Below, one piece after another: positions 6,667 through 15,560 of a DNA stretch of 47,327 nucleotides. The number at the start of each line of letters is the position of its first letter. Positions within the stretch are counted from its first letter, which is position 1. The translations under genes and the position numbers were made by a program. The notes beneath the pieces are model-generated. The model made no database searches, was not told the DNA's origin, and saw only the letters and a program-made list of their open reading frames with translations. Origin of the DNA: Candidatus Micrarchaeota archaeon (lineage in GTDB: Archaea; Micrarchaeota; Micrarchaeia; Norongarragalinales; Norongarragalinaceae); NCBI GenBank assembly GCA_964408425.1, contig CAYOZI010000004.1, positions 1 through 47,327 of the forward strand, written 5' to 3'.

Positions 6667-8682
6667 ATGCGCGGGAAAACCTTTGCATTCGTTTTAGCGG
6701 TTGTCGCACTAATCTCATTTCCTTCCTTTTCCCACGCCGATTCTTCCTTGTCCTTAAACCCGGGAAGCCTCGCCGCTTGCCCTTGCGATCCTTTCTATTA
6801 CGATCTGGACGTTTACAGCGACCAGGCTGACGTTTTCGACCTGTACTTTTCCCCGAGGGAAAACTTTTCTTATTTCCTGAACCCGCAGGTTCCCGTCCCC
6901 GCTTCTTCAACCGTCAAAACCACGCTCGTGTTGAATACGCATTGCGAAATGCCGCACGGCAATTATTCGTTCACCGTAACGGCCGTAGGCAGGAAATCCT
7001 CGACTTCAATCCAAGGAAATGCGATAGTCAAGAAATGCAGGGGTTTGGAGTTGTCCATGCCGCCGCAGCAGAGCGTTTGCGCCGGTTCGAGCCAAAGCAT
7101 TTCCCTATCCTTGCGCAACAACGGCGTTTTCGAAGAGCAGGGGAGATTGGTTTTCGACGGTTTGCCCAAATTCTCCTACTACCTGGCTGACGATTCTTAC
7201 GATTTGAATCCAGGAGAGTCGAAAAACTTTTTGCTTTCACTGCAGCCTTCATCAAGCACGCCTCCGGCCAGCCTGCAATACAGCGTAAAAGCGGGTTCGG
7301 CAATCGCGACTGCGGCCCTCGACATTTCTTCCTGCTCTTTTTCCGAGCCTTTCAAAATTTCCATCACCCCTTTGGCTGAAAACGTGCAGGTTTGCGCCGG
7401 CGGAAAGAAAACGGTTTCATTCAAAATAAAGAACGAAGGGCCTACCGGCGTGTTCAAGCTCGAGTCCAGCGGGCTAAGCGGAAGCTTTCCGGTGAGTTCA
7501 ATCACCGTTTCAGGGCGTTCGAGCAGGGAAGTGAATTTCATCATCGATGCCGCGCAGTTCCAGCCCGGAAATTCAACTCTCACAGTCGAAGTGCTCGGCC
7601 CGTCGGCTTCGGACTCGGCTTCGGTTGACGTGAAAGTGCTGGATTGCCCGAGCGTAGTGTTCGGGGATTTGCAGTTATGCTTAGGTGAAACGGGAAGCAT
7701 TCCCTTCTCCTTCAAGAACAACAATCCCGAAGCGCAGTATTACTCTTTCACGGTTTCGGCTTTGATTCCGTCTAAAGTCGAGCCTGCAGACGCGTTCATT
7801 CCTTCCAATTCCGCCGTTTCATCCGCGGTTTTCGTGACCGGAAGCGCGCTTGGCGTTTATCCGGTGAAAGTTTTTGCGAACGCGACTTTGCTGAGCACCC
7901 CGAAGATTATCGTGAAGGCATGCGAACAGCCGCCTTCGGACGTTGAAATCCAAGATGCGAACTTTACGATGGAGTACGGCGTGTGGCAGAAGGCTTTCGT
8001 CCAAACCTCCCCGGCCGTTTCCAACGCCATAGTTTCGCTTCCTTCAGACCTGTTTTCCATTTCAGCTTCTTTCGTGGAAGGAGAAAACGTTTTCTTCACG
8101 GTAAAGCCCTTGAGGCAGGGGATTTTCATTTCGACCCTTTCGCTCAACGTTTCCGGAAGGAGTTTCGAAAGGCAGTTTTCCTTTACGATTACGCAACCGC
8201 TGGTTTCCATCAATGAAAAAACCCAGTCGACGCTGAACTCCGAAAACGGGTTGCTTGACAATACGGTCGTTTACTCGGTGAAAAACCTCGGTTCCGAAAG
8301 CATTTCGCTTGCCCCGTCTTCCGACGTTCCCAACGCCACCTTCTCTCCGGAAACGCTTGAATTGAATTCGGGCGAGGAAAAGGAGCTTTCGCTGGCAGCG
8401 AAAGGCATAAGCGAAAACCAGACTGTGAAACTGTTCTTGTCGGCGGGCGAAAAGACCTACGCCCTCGAATCAAAGGCCTTGAACGTGCCTTCGGGAAGCG
8501 CAAGCACGGGTTTCTTCACCGCATCGCGCACCATCGGGCTTTTCGCGCTGGTGGTTTTCGTGGCGATAATCGCCCTGGCTTTCGTCTTGAAGAAGGAGTT
8601 CGAAGAGCAGAAGACGCTTGACGTGGAAACGGAAAGCGGGGTCGAACCAGGCAGCAAGGAAAAAGAAAAGAAAAAGAAGTAA
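6667..8682 (+). CDS. Secreted, C-terminally anchored surface protein (~670 aa) with repeated Ig/CARDB-like domains
   Basis: ORF 6625..8682. The likely start is the ATG at 6667 (MRGKTFAFVLAVVALISFPSFSHA signal peptide), preceded by GAGGGGG. Repeated C-x-G...S..L.N.G segments. C-terminal TM helix followed by a KEKEKKKK tail. Confidence 0.75.
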   Translation: MRGKTFAFVLAVVALISFPSFSHADSSLSLNPGSLAACPCDPFYYDLDVYSDQADVFDLYFSPRENFSYFLNPQVPVPASSTVKTTLVLNTHCEMPHGNYSFTVTAVGRKSSTSIQGNAIVKKCRGLELSMPPQQSVCAGSSQSISLSLRNNGVFEEQGRLVFDGLPKFSYYLADDSYDLNPGESKNFLLSLQPSSSTPPASLQYSVKAGSAIATAALDISSCSFSEPFKISITPLAENVQVCAGGKKTVSFKIKNEGPTGVFKLESSGLSGSFPVSSITVSGRSSREVNFIIDAAQFQPGNSTLTVEVLGPSASDSASVDVKVLDCPSVVFGDLQLCLGETGSIPFSFKNNNPEAQYYSFTVSALIPSKVEPADAFIPSNSAVSSAVFVTGSALGVYPVKVFANATLLSTPKIIVKACEQPPSDVEIQDANFTMEYGVWQKAFVQTSPAVSNAIVSLPSDLFSISASFVEGENVFFTVKPLRQGIFISTLSLNVSGRSFERQFSFTITQPLVSINEKTQSTLNSENGLLDNTVVYSVKNLGSESISLAPSSDVPNATFSPETLELNSGEEKELSLAAKGISENQTVKLFLSAGEKTYALESKALNVPSGSASTGFFTASRTIGLFALVVFVAIIALAFVLKKEFEEQKTLDVETESGVEPGSKEKEKKKK

Positions 8683-8688
8683 ACGCGT

Positions 8689-8862
8689 TTACTTCCTTAC
8701 TTTTTCCAGCGCGTGCATTTTTTCTATTCCCACCGCTTCATCAATCAGTTTTTTCAGCCTGTAGGCTTCGTAAAGCGTGAACAACACCACCGCCAGAACG
8801 ATGACGTTGAGGATGAAGATCAATTCCAAGAGATTAATGTCAAACCCGAAAACGTACGCCAT
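8689..8862 (-). CDS. Small (57 aa) single-pass membrane protein, absent from the ORF track
   Basis: Hand translation: MAYVFGFDINLLELIFILNVIVLAVVLFTLYEAYRLKKLIDEAVGIEKMHALEKVRK. The start is preceded by AAGGGGGT and lies 17 nt downstream of the stop of the 433-aa gene. Confidence 0.5.
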   Translation of the reverse strand: MAYVFGFDINLLELIFILNVIVLAVVLFTLYEAYRLKKLIDEAVGIEKMHALEKVRK

Positions 8863-8879
8863 CGTTTTTTTACCCCCTT

Positions 8880-10181
8880 TTAATCAACAGCCTCGACTTT
8901 TTCAACTTTCTCCTCGACCGTTTCGAAGCCTTTCCTCAGCCTCGCTTTGACCACGTACTCGCCTGTTTCGAAAACCCTGATTGTTTTTGAATAACTCTCG
9001 GGCGCCGGGTCTGCAATGTCCAAAAACACGTTCGTCCTTCCCTTCAACAGCTCCACTTCCAGCATCAATCCTTCACTGGAGCCCCTCAAAACCGTTAATT
9101 CCATTGAACCAACGCTTTCCCTGCCCGAAGCAGAATCGAATTCGTTTGTCGGATTGAATGAAGCGCAGATTTCGAACTTGTTCCAGTCCAGCTCGATTTT
9201 CTCCTGCCCGGCGGCTACCGGAATTCCTTCCATGTAAAGCCTGGCTTGAAACAGCAAGTCCAGCTTTTCATCAAGCATCGGAGCCTTGATCTTGAAAATG
9301 ATTTTCCTCACTTCCCACGCGTTCAGCGTAAACTCCCTTCTCATGCTTCCGACTTCAACAGCGAACTCCTTTTTCTGCGCCGCGGAGTTTTCCACCTCGA
9401 CGATGGCGTCTGCAATTTCGCACCTGCCGATTTTGTCGGGCGTTATGATCTCAAAATTGAATCCCGGCGGGACTGACGGGCTGGCGGTGGGGAGGGTTAC
9501 CGGCGTGGGCGAAGGCGGGGTGACGGGTAAGATTCCAGGCGTTGCAGAGGGCGGTATGGGAATTAAAATAAAGATATCTAGACTCCCTCCGCTTCCACCT
9601 AGCGATTGTGCTGCAGAAGGCGTCGGCGTGGGGCTCGGGATTGAAAACTCGTGAAGGTAGAATGACGACTGGAGCGTGGATGTCAACCCGTAACTGTCAA
9701 TCACCCTGGTTGTTATGTTGTAAAGCGTGCCGGAAGGGGTGGAGTCGGACAGGGTTAAAGAACAAAAATAATCGCAGTGGGTGGCGTTGCAAGAGGTGAA
9801 GCTCATGCCTGTCGTGCTCGTGAAACCGGTCGCATCCCAGACGCAGTCCGACGTCCCCGCCACGTCGTCCTCGCCGTTCACGTCGGTCTCGTTTCCTTCG
9901 ACCAGGATGCTTTCGCCGATTCCGAGCCTTACGGCAGGATACCCGCCGTATTCTTCAGTAGCGCTTGTAACCGTATGGTTCAAGTTTGTCGGGGCTTCGT
10001 TCTGCACGTTTCCCTCAACCTGCCCCGCCGCAAAGCCAGTTGGGGAAACTTCAGGCTGGGGATTTTCAAGGATGATTCCAATCGAAATTATTTGCAATGC
10101 CGTAAGAGAAAGGATGAGAAAAGCGGCTTGGTTGTTGCTCAGGCTTTTCCCGAAGAGCCTTCCCCCTTTTTCCGCGCCCAT
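8880..10181 (-). CDS. N-terminally anchored extracellular protein (433 aa) with Pro/Thr/Ser linkers
   Basis: ATG at 10179-10181. N-terminal hydrophobic anchor AAFLILSLTALQIISIGIIL. PSPTPTPS and PPSATPGILPVTPPSPTPVTLPTASPSVPP linkers separate beta-rich domains. Confidence 0.7.
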   Translation of the reverse strand: MGAEKGGRLFGKSLSNNQAAFLILSLTALQIISIGIILENPQPEVSPTGFAAGQVEGNVQNEAPTNLNHTVTSATEEYGGYPAVRLGIGESILVEGNETDVNGEDDVAGTSDCVWDATGFTSTTGMSFTSCNATHCDYFCSLTLSDSTPSGTLYNITTRVIDSYGLTSTLQSSFYLHEFSIPSPTPTPSAAQSLGGSGGSLDIFILIPIPPSATPGILPVTPPSPTPVTLPTASPSVPPGFNFEIITPDKIGRCEIADAIVEVENSAAQKKEFAVEVGSMRREFTLNAWEVRKIIFKIKAPMLDEKLDLLFQARLYMEGIPVAAGQEKIELDWNKFEICASFNPTNEFDSASGRESVGSMELTVLRGSSEGLMLEVELLKGRTNVFLDIADPAPESYSKTIRVFETGEYVVKARLRKGFETVEEKVEKVEAVD

Positions 10182-10262
10182 ATGCTATTACTCTGTCGCA
10201 ACGGCGTTAAAAACCATGCGCGAGCGTTGGTGAGACGAAAGCAATTTAACTTGCCTTTTCTA

Positions 10263-10970
10263 ATGCTTTTCATGAACCGAATCAAAAGCGGAATTCCCGG
10301 TTTGGACGATTTGATTGAAGGCGGCTTTCCCGAAGCGTCGAGCATCCTGGTCAGCGGGCCGGCTGGGACCGGAAAAAGCATTTTCTGCATGGAATACCTC
10401 TATAACGGCGCGATAGACGGCGAGCCTGGAGTGTACATTACTCTCGAGGAAGGGCCGCACAACTTGTGGTGGAACATGCAGCGTTTCAAGTGGGATTTGA
10501 TGCCCCTCGAAAGGGACGGGAAGATAAAGATTTACAAGTTCGAGCCTACCGCGGAATTCAAGAACAATCCGGAAGAGCAGGTGGCGCGAATAGTGGACAA
10601 GGCCCGGGCGATGAACGCAAAAAGGCTTGTGGTGGATAGCATCACCGCATTCTCTTTTTGGATGGAATCGACGCAATTGATCCGCTATGCGATTTATTCG
10701 CTTGCCGAAGAGTTGAGAAAAATCGATTGCACGACGCTTTTGACGTGCGAAACCACAGGGGGAAGGGACACTTTCTCGAGGTTCGGAGTCGAAGAGTTTC
10801 TCGTTGACGGCGTTATACAGCTGTTCTTCACGCCTCCGCACAGGGCTTTGTTCGTGCGGAAAATGAGGGGCACGAACCATTCGAACAAAGTCCATCCGTT
10901 GACGATCAACGACTCGGGCTTGGGCGTCAACTCGAAAGAAGAGATATTGTGGGAAGCGCTGAAAGAATAA
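10263..10970 (+). CDS. Single-domain KaiC/RecA-superfamily ATPase
   Basis: SGIPGLDDLIEGGFPE, Walker A GPAGTGKS, Walker B LVVDS, RKMRGTNH. The track ORF starts at 9777, but its first ~160 codons are antisense to the 433-aa gene. ATGs are available at 10263 and 10272. Confidence 0.85.
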   Translation: MLFMNRIKSGIPGLDDLIEGGFPEASSILVSGPAGTGKSIFCMEYLYNGAIDGEPGVYITLEEGPHNLWWNMQRFKWDLMPLERDGKIKIYKFEPTAEFKNNPEEQVARIVDKARAMNAKRLVVDSITAFSFWMESTQLIRYAIYSLAEELRKIDCTTLLTCETTGGRDTFSRFGVEEFLVDGVIQLFFTPPHRALFVRKMRGTNHSNKVHPLTINDSGLGVNSKEEILWEALKE

Positions 10971-10974
10971 AATT

Positions 10975-12180
10975 TCAAAACGCCTTTTCTATCCGCTGGA
11001 GGGCTATTGCGAACGCGGCGGTCCGCATGGAAACGTCCTTTTCCTTCGCGAAATCGAAAACAGTCCTGAACTCCTTCCTCATGGTTTTTTCCAATTCCGA
11101 ATGGTACTTTTCTATCCCCCACGTTTCCTTTTCCCTGTTCTGCTTCCACTCGAAATAAGAGCCGGTAACCCCTCCCGCGTTCGCCAGGACGTCGGGAATG
11201 ACCACGACGCCCTTCTTTTCCAGGATTTCCTCGGCTTGGGGGGTTGTCGGGCCGTTCGCCAATTCCAAAATTACTTTAGCGTTGATTTTCGAGGCGTTTT
11301 TCTCGGTAATCTGGTTTTCCAGCGCCGCGGGAATCAATACGTCCACGTCCAGCTCGAGCAGTTCCTCGTTGGAAATGCACTCGTCGCCCTCGCAGATGAA
11401 TTTAGTTTCCTTCTTTTTTTTCACTTCCTCGACTTTAACGCCTTCCTGAGCGTAGTACGCGGCTTTCGAGTCGCTTACAGCCACGACGTTATACCTCGCG
11501 TCTTCCAAAAACTTGGACATGAAATAACCCGCGTTCCCGAAACCCTGGACTGCGATGATGGCGTCTTTCGGAATGTTCAATTCTTTTGCAGCTTCCTGGA
11601 ACACGTAAAACCCGCCCCTTGCGGTCGCATCCTCCCTTCCGGCGTGCCCGCCGTTCTCGACGCTCTTGCCTGTTATTACGGCTCCACTCGAATCTCCCGT
11701 TATTTTTGCGTACTCGTCTTCCATCCAATCCATTATCTTCGCATTCGTATTGACGTCGGGCGCCGGAACGTCTTTTTCCGGGCCTATCGCGTCGGCAATA
11801 TAGCGGATGTACGCCCTGCTGAGCCCTTCCAGCTCTTTTTCACTCAGTTTTCTCGGGTCGACGCTCACGCCGCCCTTCCCCCCTCCGAACGGGATGTTGG
11901 CTACGGCGCATTTGATGCTCATCCAGAACGCGAGGCTTTTCACTTCATCCAAATCAACTTGAGGGTGGAAGCGTATTCCGCCTTTGAAAGGCCCGCGCGC
12001 GTTGTTGTGCTGGACCCTATAGCCGTAAAACAATTTCGTCTTTCCATCGTCCATTTTCACTGGAAACGTGACTTCCAAAATACGCTGGGGGGAGGAAAGC
12101 CTTTCCTTCGTTTCGTCCGTAACTCCAGACACCTTGAACGATTTTCCCAGTTGTTTCAGCGCGTTTTCAAAAGTAGACAA
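10975..12180 (-). CDS. gdhA: Glutamate dehydrogenase (Glu/Leu/Phe/Val dehydrogenase family)
   Basis: KGGIRFHP, IPFGGGKGGV and GFGNAG Rossmann motifs; 401 aa. Confidence 0.9.
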   Translation of the reverse strand: MSTFENALKQLGKSFKVSGVTDETKERLSSPQRILEVTFPVKMDDGKTKLFYGYRVQHNNARGPFKGGIRFHPQVDLDEVKSLAFWMSIKCAVANIPFGGGKGGVSVDPRKLSEKELEGLSRAYIRYIADAIGPEKDVPAPDVNTNAKIMDWMEDEYAKITGDSSGAVITGKSVENGGHAGREDATARGGFYVFQEAAKELNIPKDAIIAVQGFGNAGYFMSKFLEDARYNVVAVSDSKAAYYAQEGVKVEEVKKKKETKFICEGDECISNEELLELDVDVLIPAALENQITEKNASKINAKVILELANGPTTPQAEEILEKKGVVVIPDVLANAGGVTGSYFEWKQNREKETWGIEKYHSELEKTMRKEFRTVFDFAKEKDVSMRTAAFAIALQRIEKAF

Positions 12181-12244
12181 TGAACCTCACATCCAAACGG
12201 CGGATATTCTAGAAAAGGAAGAAGAAACTTTTTAATCCCGACCT

Positions 12245-12772
12245 TTAATTGGGCGCGGAGTGGAACGCGGGTTGTTTTACCTCGGTTTTTTCCAACGCCC
12301 ACAGCAACGCCGGAGAAGCGAGGAGGGCGAAAGCCGCGTTTCCGAGCAGGTGGCTGACCGTAAAGGGAACCTGCCCCATGAGCGTGACGGCTAGGGATTG
12401 CTTGAACTGCCATCCGAACAGCAATGCCGTGGTTATGTCGAAAAGCAGCGTTCCGGCGATTGAAAACAAAAGAAAGTTTTTCCTCGATGCTTTTCTTTCG
12501 GTGAAAAACCATCCTGCGGCAAAGCCGATTGCCGCGTAAGCCATTCCCGTATACAGCGTCCACAATCCTATCCTTCCGGTAAAAAAGTCTATCGCCACTA
12601 AAGCCAAAAGCGCAAACACGAGCCCCGCGTATTTCCCGTATTTCTTTGCGAAGGGCATCGTGAAGCCCATTATCGGCTCGACGTTGGGCGCGATGGTGAA
12701 AAGCCTCATTAAAATGCATAGCGCCAGCCCGCAGGCAAACTTCAACGAATCTAAAACCTTCATTTCTTCCAC
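12245..12772 (-). CDS. Small polytopic membrane protein, possibly a solitary ECF-type S-component (vitamin uptake)
   Basis: 175 aa with about 5-6 TM helices and an S-component-like size and hydropathy. It overlaps the 3' end of the alpha-toroid gene by 13 nt. No ECF A/T genes are present in the window. Confidence 0.4.
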   Translation of the reverse strand: MEEMKVLDSLKFACGLALCILMRLFTIAPNVEPIMGFTMPFAKKYGKYAGLVFALLALVAIDFFTGRIGLWTLYTGMAYAAIGFAAGWFFTERKASRKNFLLFSIAGTLLFDITTALLFGWQFKQSLAVTLMGQVPFTVSHLLGNAAFALLASPALLWALEKTEVKQPAFHSAPN

Positions 12773-14349
12773 CTTCTGTAAAAAGAAAATATAATTGCTA
12801 TCGCGGCAAGGCTAATAAACGCTATCGGGCTGGCGGAGAACGAAATGTTTTTCTCGTCCAAACTGAAGGAAAACCACGGCGTCGGCTGGGAAACCGCAAG
12901 GGCAGTCAAAGGCGAAGTTTCTTTCGGCTGGCTTTGCGTTTCCACCTCTTTTTGCTGGGGTGGTGCGGAGGGCAAAGCTTGCGCGGTTGCTTCAGGTGCG
13001 GAAATGGTAGGGCGAGGCGTAGGAACGAACGCGGTGGGATAAGGAGTGGCTATGACCACCTTGAATTCGGGTACTGGGATGGGCGTCGGCGTGGGCGTCG
13101 GCGAGGGGGCGGGCGTAGGCGTTGAACTTATATCCACGACTTCGAAAACCCCTCCTTTGTTCAAAACGCTTCCGAACTTCGGTTTCACCATCGCCAAAAC
13201 CGAATAATTCCCTTTCAATTCGGTTTGCGTGAAAACCGCTTGGAAAACGCCATCTTGTTTTTTCTCCGCGTTCAACTCGCTCGTGCTTCCTGAAGGGTTG
13301 GTGATTACGAGCGAAACGCTATCCACCGCCCCTTCGGCATTGACCGTAACGGTTTGAGCATTGCCTTTCACTATCGGGGTATTGAAAGACAGGGTTGCGG
13401 AAAACGGGGCGCAGTAGGACGATTCCCCCTCCGCAATGTTTTTTGCAGCGCTTAACGCCACGCCGGTGTCCAGCGCATTGGAATCCGTCGAAGAGCGAGC
13501 CGGGTCCGCGAAACCTCCGTCCTGATTTTGGTTCAAGCCGACGTAGTTAGCCGTTGCCGAAGAAAAACCATCAAGCCCCGCGTTCTTGAACGCAATCGAA
13601 GCGAGCGAAGGGCCGTATGTTTTTCCGGAATTCCCGAAGCAATTTCCTGCACTGTTCTTCAAGAATACTATTGCATTGATGCTCTGTAAGCTTTGCCCCT
13701 CGCCGTTCTCCTGCAGAGCCATTAACGCCAATGCGGTCGTTGAAACTAGGTCCGGTCCAAGCGAGTACAATTGCGTTTCGGCGCTGTTGAACGATTGCTT
13801 GAAAGAACCGTCGGCTTGCTGCAGGGAATAGAGGAATGAAACCGCGCCTTGCCTGGTTTCATCATCGAGGTTTCCGCTTTGCTTCAACGCCATCAAAGCC
13901 AACGCCGTGTCGGTTGCCGTTTCAACCTGCTCCCACTTTTGCTTGGTCCAGTCCGAATCGCTGCAATTCTCCGTGCATTCATACAACCCCTTGAAACCGC
14001 CGTTATGCCATTTGAAAAGCAATAACTTTTCCTTCAGCCTGGTTTCATTCAAATTTCCCGCAAAACCGGTTTTTTCCAACGCCCGCCATTCGGCAGCAGG
14101 CAAGTCCGCCTCCGCCCAGCTCCACGAGTTTTCGTCGTTCAAATCCGCCTCGATTTTTCCGGCAATCTGGGTTTGGAGCGAGGGGTTGGAGTTCCAATCT
14201 CCCAACGCTGCGAGTGCGAACGCGTTTCCTCCTGCAAAACCGTAATCACCGTTCGAATCATGGGAGTCTAACCACTGCAATGCATTATCGCCCGAAAAAG
14301 CGAAGGCAAAGGAGGCCGCAACCAGAATCGCAAAAACAATTTTCTTCAT
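12760..14349 (-). CDS. Secreted prenyltransferase/squalene-cyclase-repeat (alpha/alpha toroid) protein with an Ig-like domain, a PT linker and a C-terminal TM anchor
   Basis: Signal peptide MKKIVFAILVAASFAFA (ATG at 14347-14349). Repeated QxxDG[GS][FW]-type motifs (SNGDYGFAGG, WHNGGFKG, QQADGSFKQS, NQDGGFADP). TPTPAPSPTPTPTPIP linker. C-terminal TM helix plus RRWKK. Confidence 0.75.
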   Translation of the reverse strand: MKKIVFAILVAASFAFAFSGDNALQWLDSHDSNGDYGFAGGNAFALAALGDWNSNPSLQTQIAGKIEADLNDENSWSWAEADLPAAEWRALEKTGFAGNLNETRLKEKLLLFKWHNGGFKGLYECTENCSDSDWTKQKWEQVETATDTALALMALKQSGNLDDETRQGAVSFLYSLQQADGSFKQSFNSAETQLYSLGPDLVSTTALALMALQENGEGQSLQSINAIVFLKNSAGNCFGNSGKTYGPSLASIAFKNAGLDGFSSATANYVGLNQNQDGGFADPARSSTDSNALDTGVALSAAKNIAEGESSYCAPFSATLSFNTPIVKGNAQTVTVNAEGAVDSVSLVITNPSGSTSELNAEKKQDGVFQAVFTQTELKGNYSVLAMVKPKFGSVLNKGGVFEVVDISSTPTPAPSPTPTPTPIPVPEFKVVIATPYPTAFVPTPRPTISAPEATAQALPSAPPQQKEVETQSQPKETSPLTALAVSQPTPWFSFSLDEKNISFSASPIAFISLAAIAIIFSFYRRWKK

Positions 14350-14376
14350 CCACACCACCGGAAACGAAACTCTGTC

Positions 14377-14413
14377 CATCCAATATTTAATCCGATTGGA
14401 TGATACATCCAAT
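14377..14413. promoter_or_regulatory. Three CATCCAAT/ATTGGATG half-sites (including a perfect 8-3-8 palindrome) in a divergent promoter
   Basis: CATCCAAT at 14377-84. ATTGGATG-ATA-CATCCAAT at 14395-14413, abutting TTTATAAATA (14413-22). Confidence 0.5.
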
Positions 14414-14499
14414 TTATAAATACGAAAACGGTGTTTTTGAAAGGGTGCGGCATTTTGGACTTTTCACTTTTCAGGCTTCCTTCGAAATCCTACGGCCCG

Positions 14500-15057
14500 A
14501 TGCCCAAGTTCGTCTGGGAGGATGCGCTGAGGGGCTTCTGGCTGATCGGCAAAAAACAGCCTTTGGGAAGGAAGGATTTGGCGGACTCTATGGATTTGGG
14601 AGAGGGAACGGCAAGGTCGATAGTGTCTTTTTTGGAAAAAAAGGGTTTGGTGAAAAAAATCCGGGGCGGGTGCGTGCTTTCGGAAAGCGGGAAAGGCGTT
14701 TTCGCGAGGCTTTCCCTGAAAGTCTTGTCGTCGCGCCAGCTTCCCCCGCTGTTTTCCACCATGAATAGGCCCTCGTTTTGCCTGCAGTGCGTTTTGACCG
14801 AAATGCCGTCCGTGAAAAAATCGATCGAAGCGAGGGATTGCGCGGTGAAAGCGGGTTCGGACGGCGTCCTTTCGCTTTCTTTTTCGAACAAGAGGTTTTT
14901 GTTTGCTGGAACGAGAGATTCGGTTTCGCAAAAAGACGCGGGAATAATTTCCGAATACTTTCCCCCGCGAGAAGGGCAGGTTTTCATACTCAGCTTCGCG
15001 AAAAAACCGTTAGGCCGGGAAAGGGGGGCTTGGGCTGCGTTCTTGGGCCTCGCGTAA
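14500..15057 (+). CDS. Winged-helix transcription regulator with an archaeal DUF4443-like C-terminal domain
   Basis: LGRKDLADSMDLGEGTARSIVSFLEKKGLV is a wHTH motif. The ATG at 14500 lies downstream of the TATA box at 14413-22. The track's 14431 start lies only about 10 nt downstream of that TATA box (14413-22), upstream of the TSS it would predict. Confidence 0.55.
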   Translation: MPKFVWEDALRGFWLIGKKQPLGRKDLADSMDLGEGTARSIVSFLEKKGLVKKIRGGCVLSESGKGVFARLSLKVLSSRQLPPLFSTMNRPSFCLQCVLTEMPSVKKSIEARDCAVKAGSDGVLSLSFSNKRFLFAGTRDSVSQKDAGIISEYFPPREGQVFILSFAKKPLGRERGAWAAFLGLA

Positions 15058-15070
15058 AAATGAGTTTTTT

Positions 15071-15550
15071 TCAAGACGCGTTTTCAGAAGGCGCGTACGC
15101 CCCCAAGTCTGGGCTTTCCAGCCTCCACTCCAGCACGCCTTCTTCCGAAATCCTGAAGTCGCTTGCGCCCACCGGCGCGAGGTTTCCATTAAAATAATAC
15201 TGCCAGTATTCACCTTTTCCCGAATCGTCGGCAAAACCTTCCACGGAATAAACGTACGCTCCGAACGAATAGTTTTTGTAGAGCAGTTCGAACGCTTTGG
15301 AAGAGACGGCCAATGCGCTTTCGCCTTCGTCGGCCTCGACGGTTTTAGAGTTGAAATAGTTTTCGGAAGGAATGCTGACGCTCACGTTGATGCCGAGCTT
15401 TTCCAAGGAGGCGGTCGGAGATGGCGTGGGCGTTTGGATTATGGCTGTAGGCGTTAGTGATGGTGTAGGCGCGGGGGGAGCGGCGTTTTGAACGCAGCCG
15501 GCAAGCACGAACGAAAACGCCATCAGCAACACGATAATTCCTTTTTTCAT
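15071..15550 (-). CDS. DUF4430 (transcobalamin/intrinsic-factor beta-domain-like) lipoprotein
   Basis: MKKGIIVLLMAFSFVLAGC lipobox-like signal. PT linker. C-terminal GEYWQYYFNGNLAPVGASDFRISEEGVLEWRLE matches the DUF4430 signature (YW.Y.vNG....G...Y.l..gD.i.w). Confidence 0.7.
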   Translation of the reverse strand: MKKGIIVLLMAFSFVLAGCVQNAAPPAPTPSLTPTAIIQTPTPSPTASLEKLGINVSVSIPSENYFNSKTVEADEGESALAVSSKAFELLYKNYSFGAYVYSVEGFADDSGKGEYWQYYFNGNLAPVGASDFRISEEGVLEWRLESPDLGAYAPSENAS

Positions 15551-15560
15551 ATTTTCCGTT

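Noticed and set aside
9777-10262. Long N-terminal extension of the KaiC-like ORF (track ORF 9777..10970)
   Set aside because: The first ~160 codons are antisense to the well-supported 433-aa surface-protein gene and have Arg/Val-rich shadow composition. The ATPase domain starts at the ATG at 10263/10272.
11101-12183. 360-aa ORF on the plus strand
   Set aside because: It is entirely antisense to glutamate dehydrogenase and has an R/F/V-rich shadow-frame composition with no recognisable domain.
14490-15074. 194-aa minus-strand ORF opposite the wHTH regulator
   Set aside because: The plus-strand frame contains a clear wHTH motif and has a TATA box at the right distance. The minus frame has no recognisable features.
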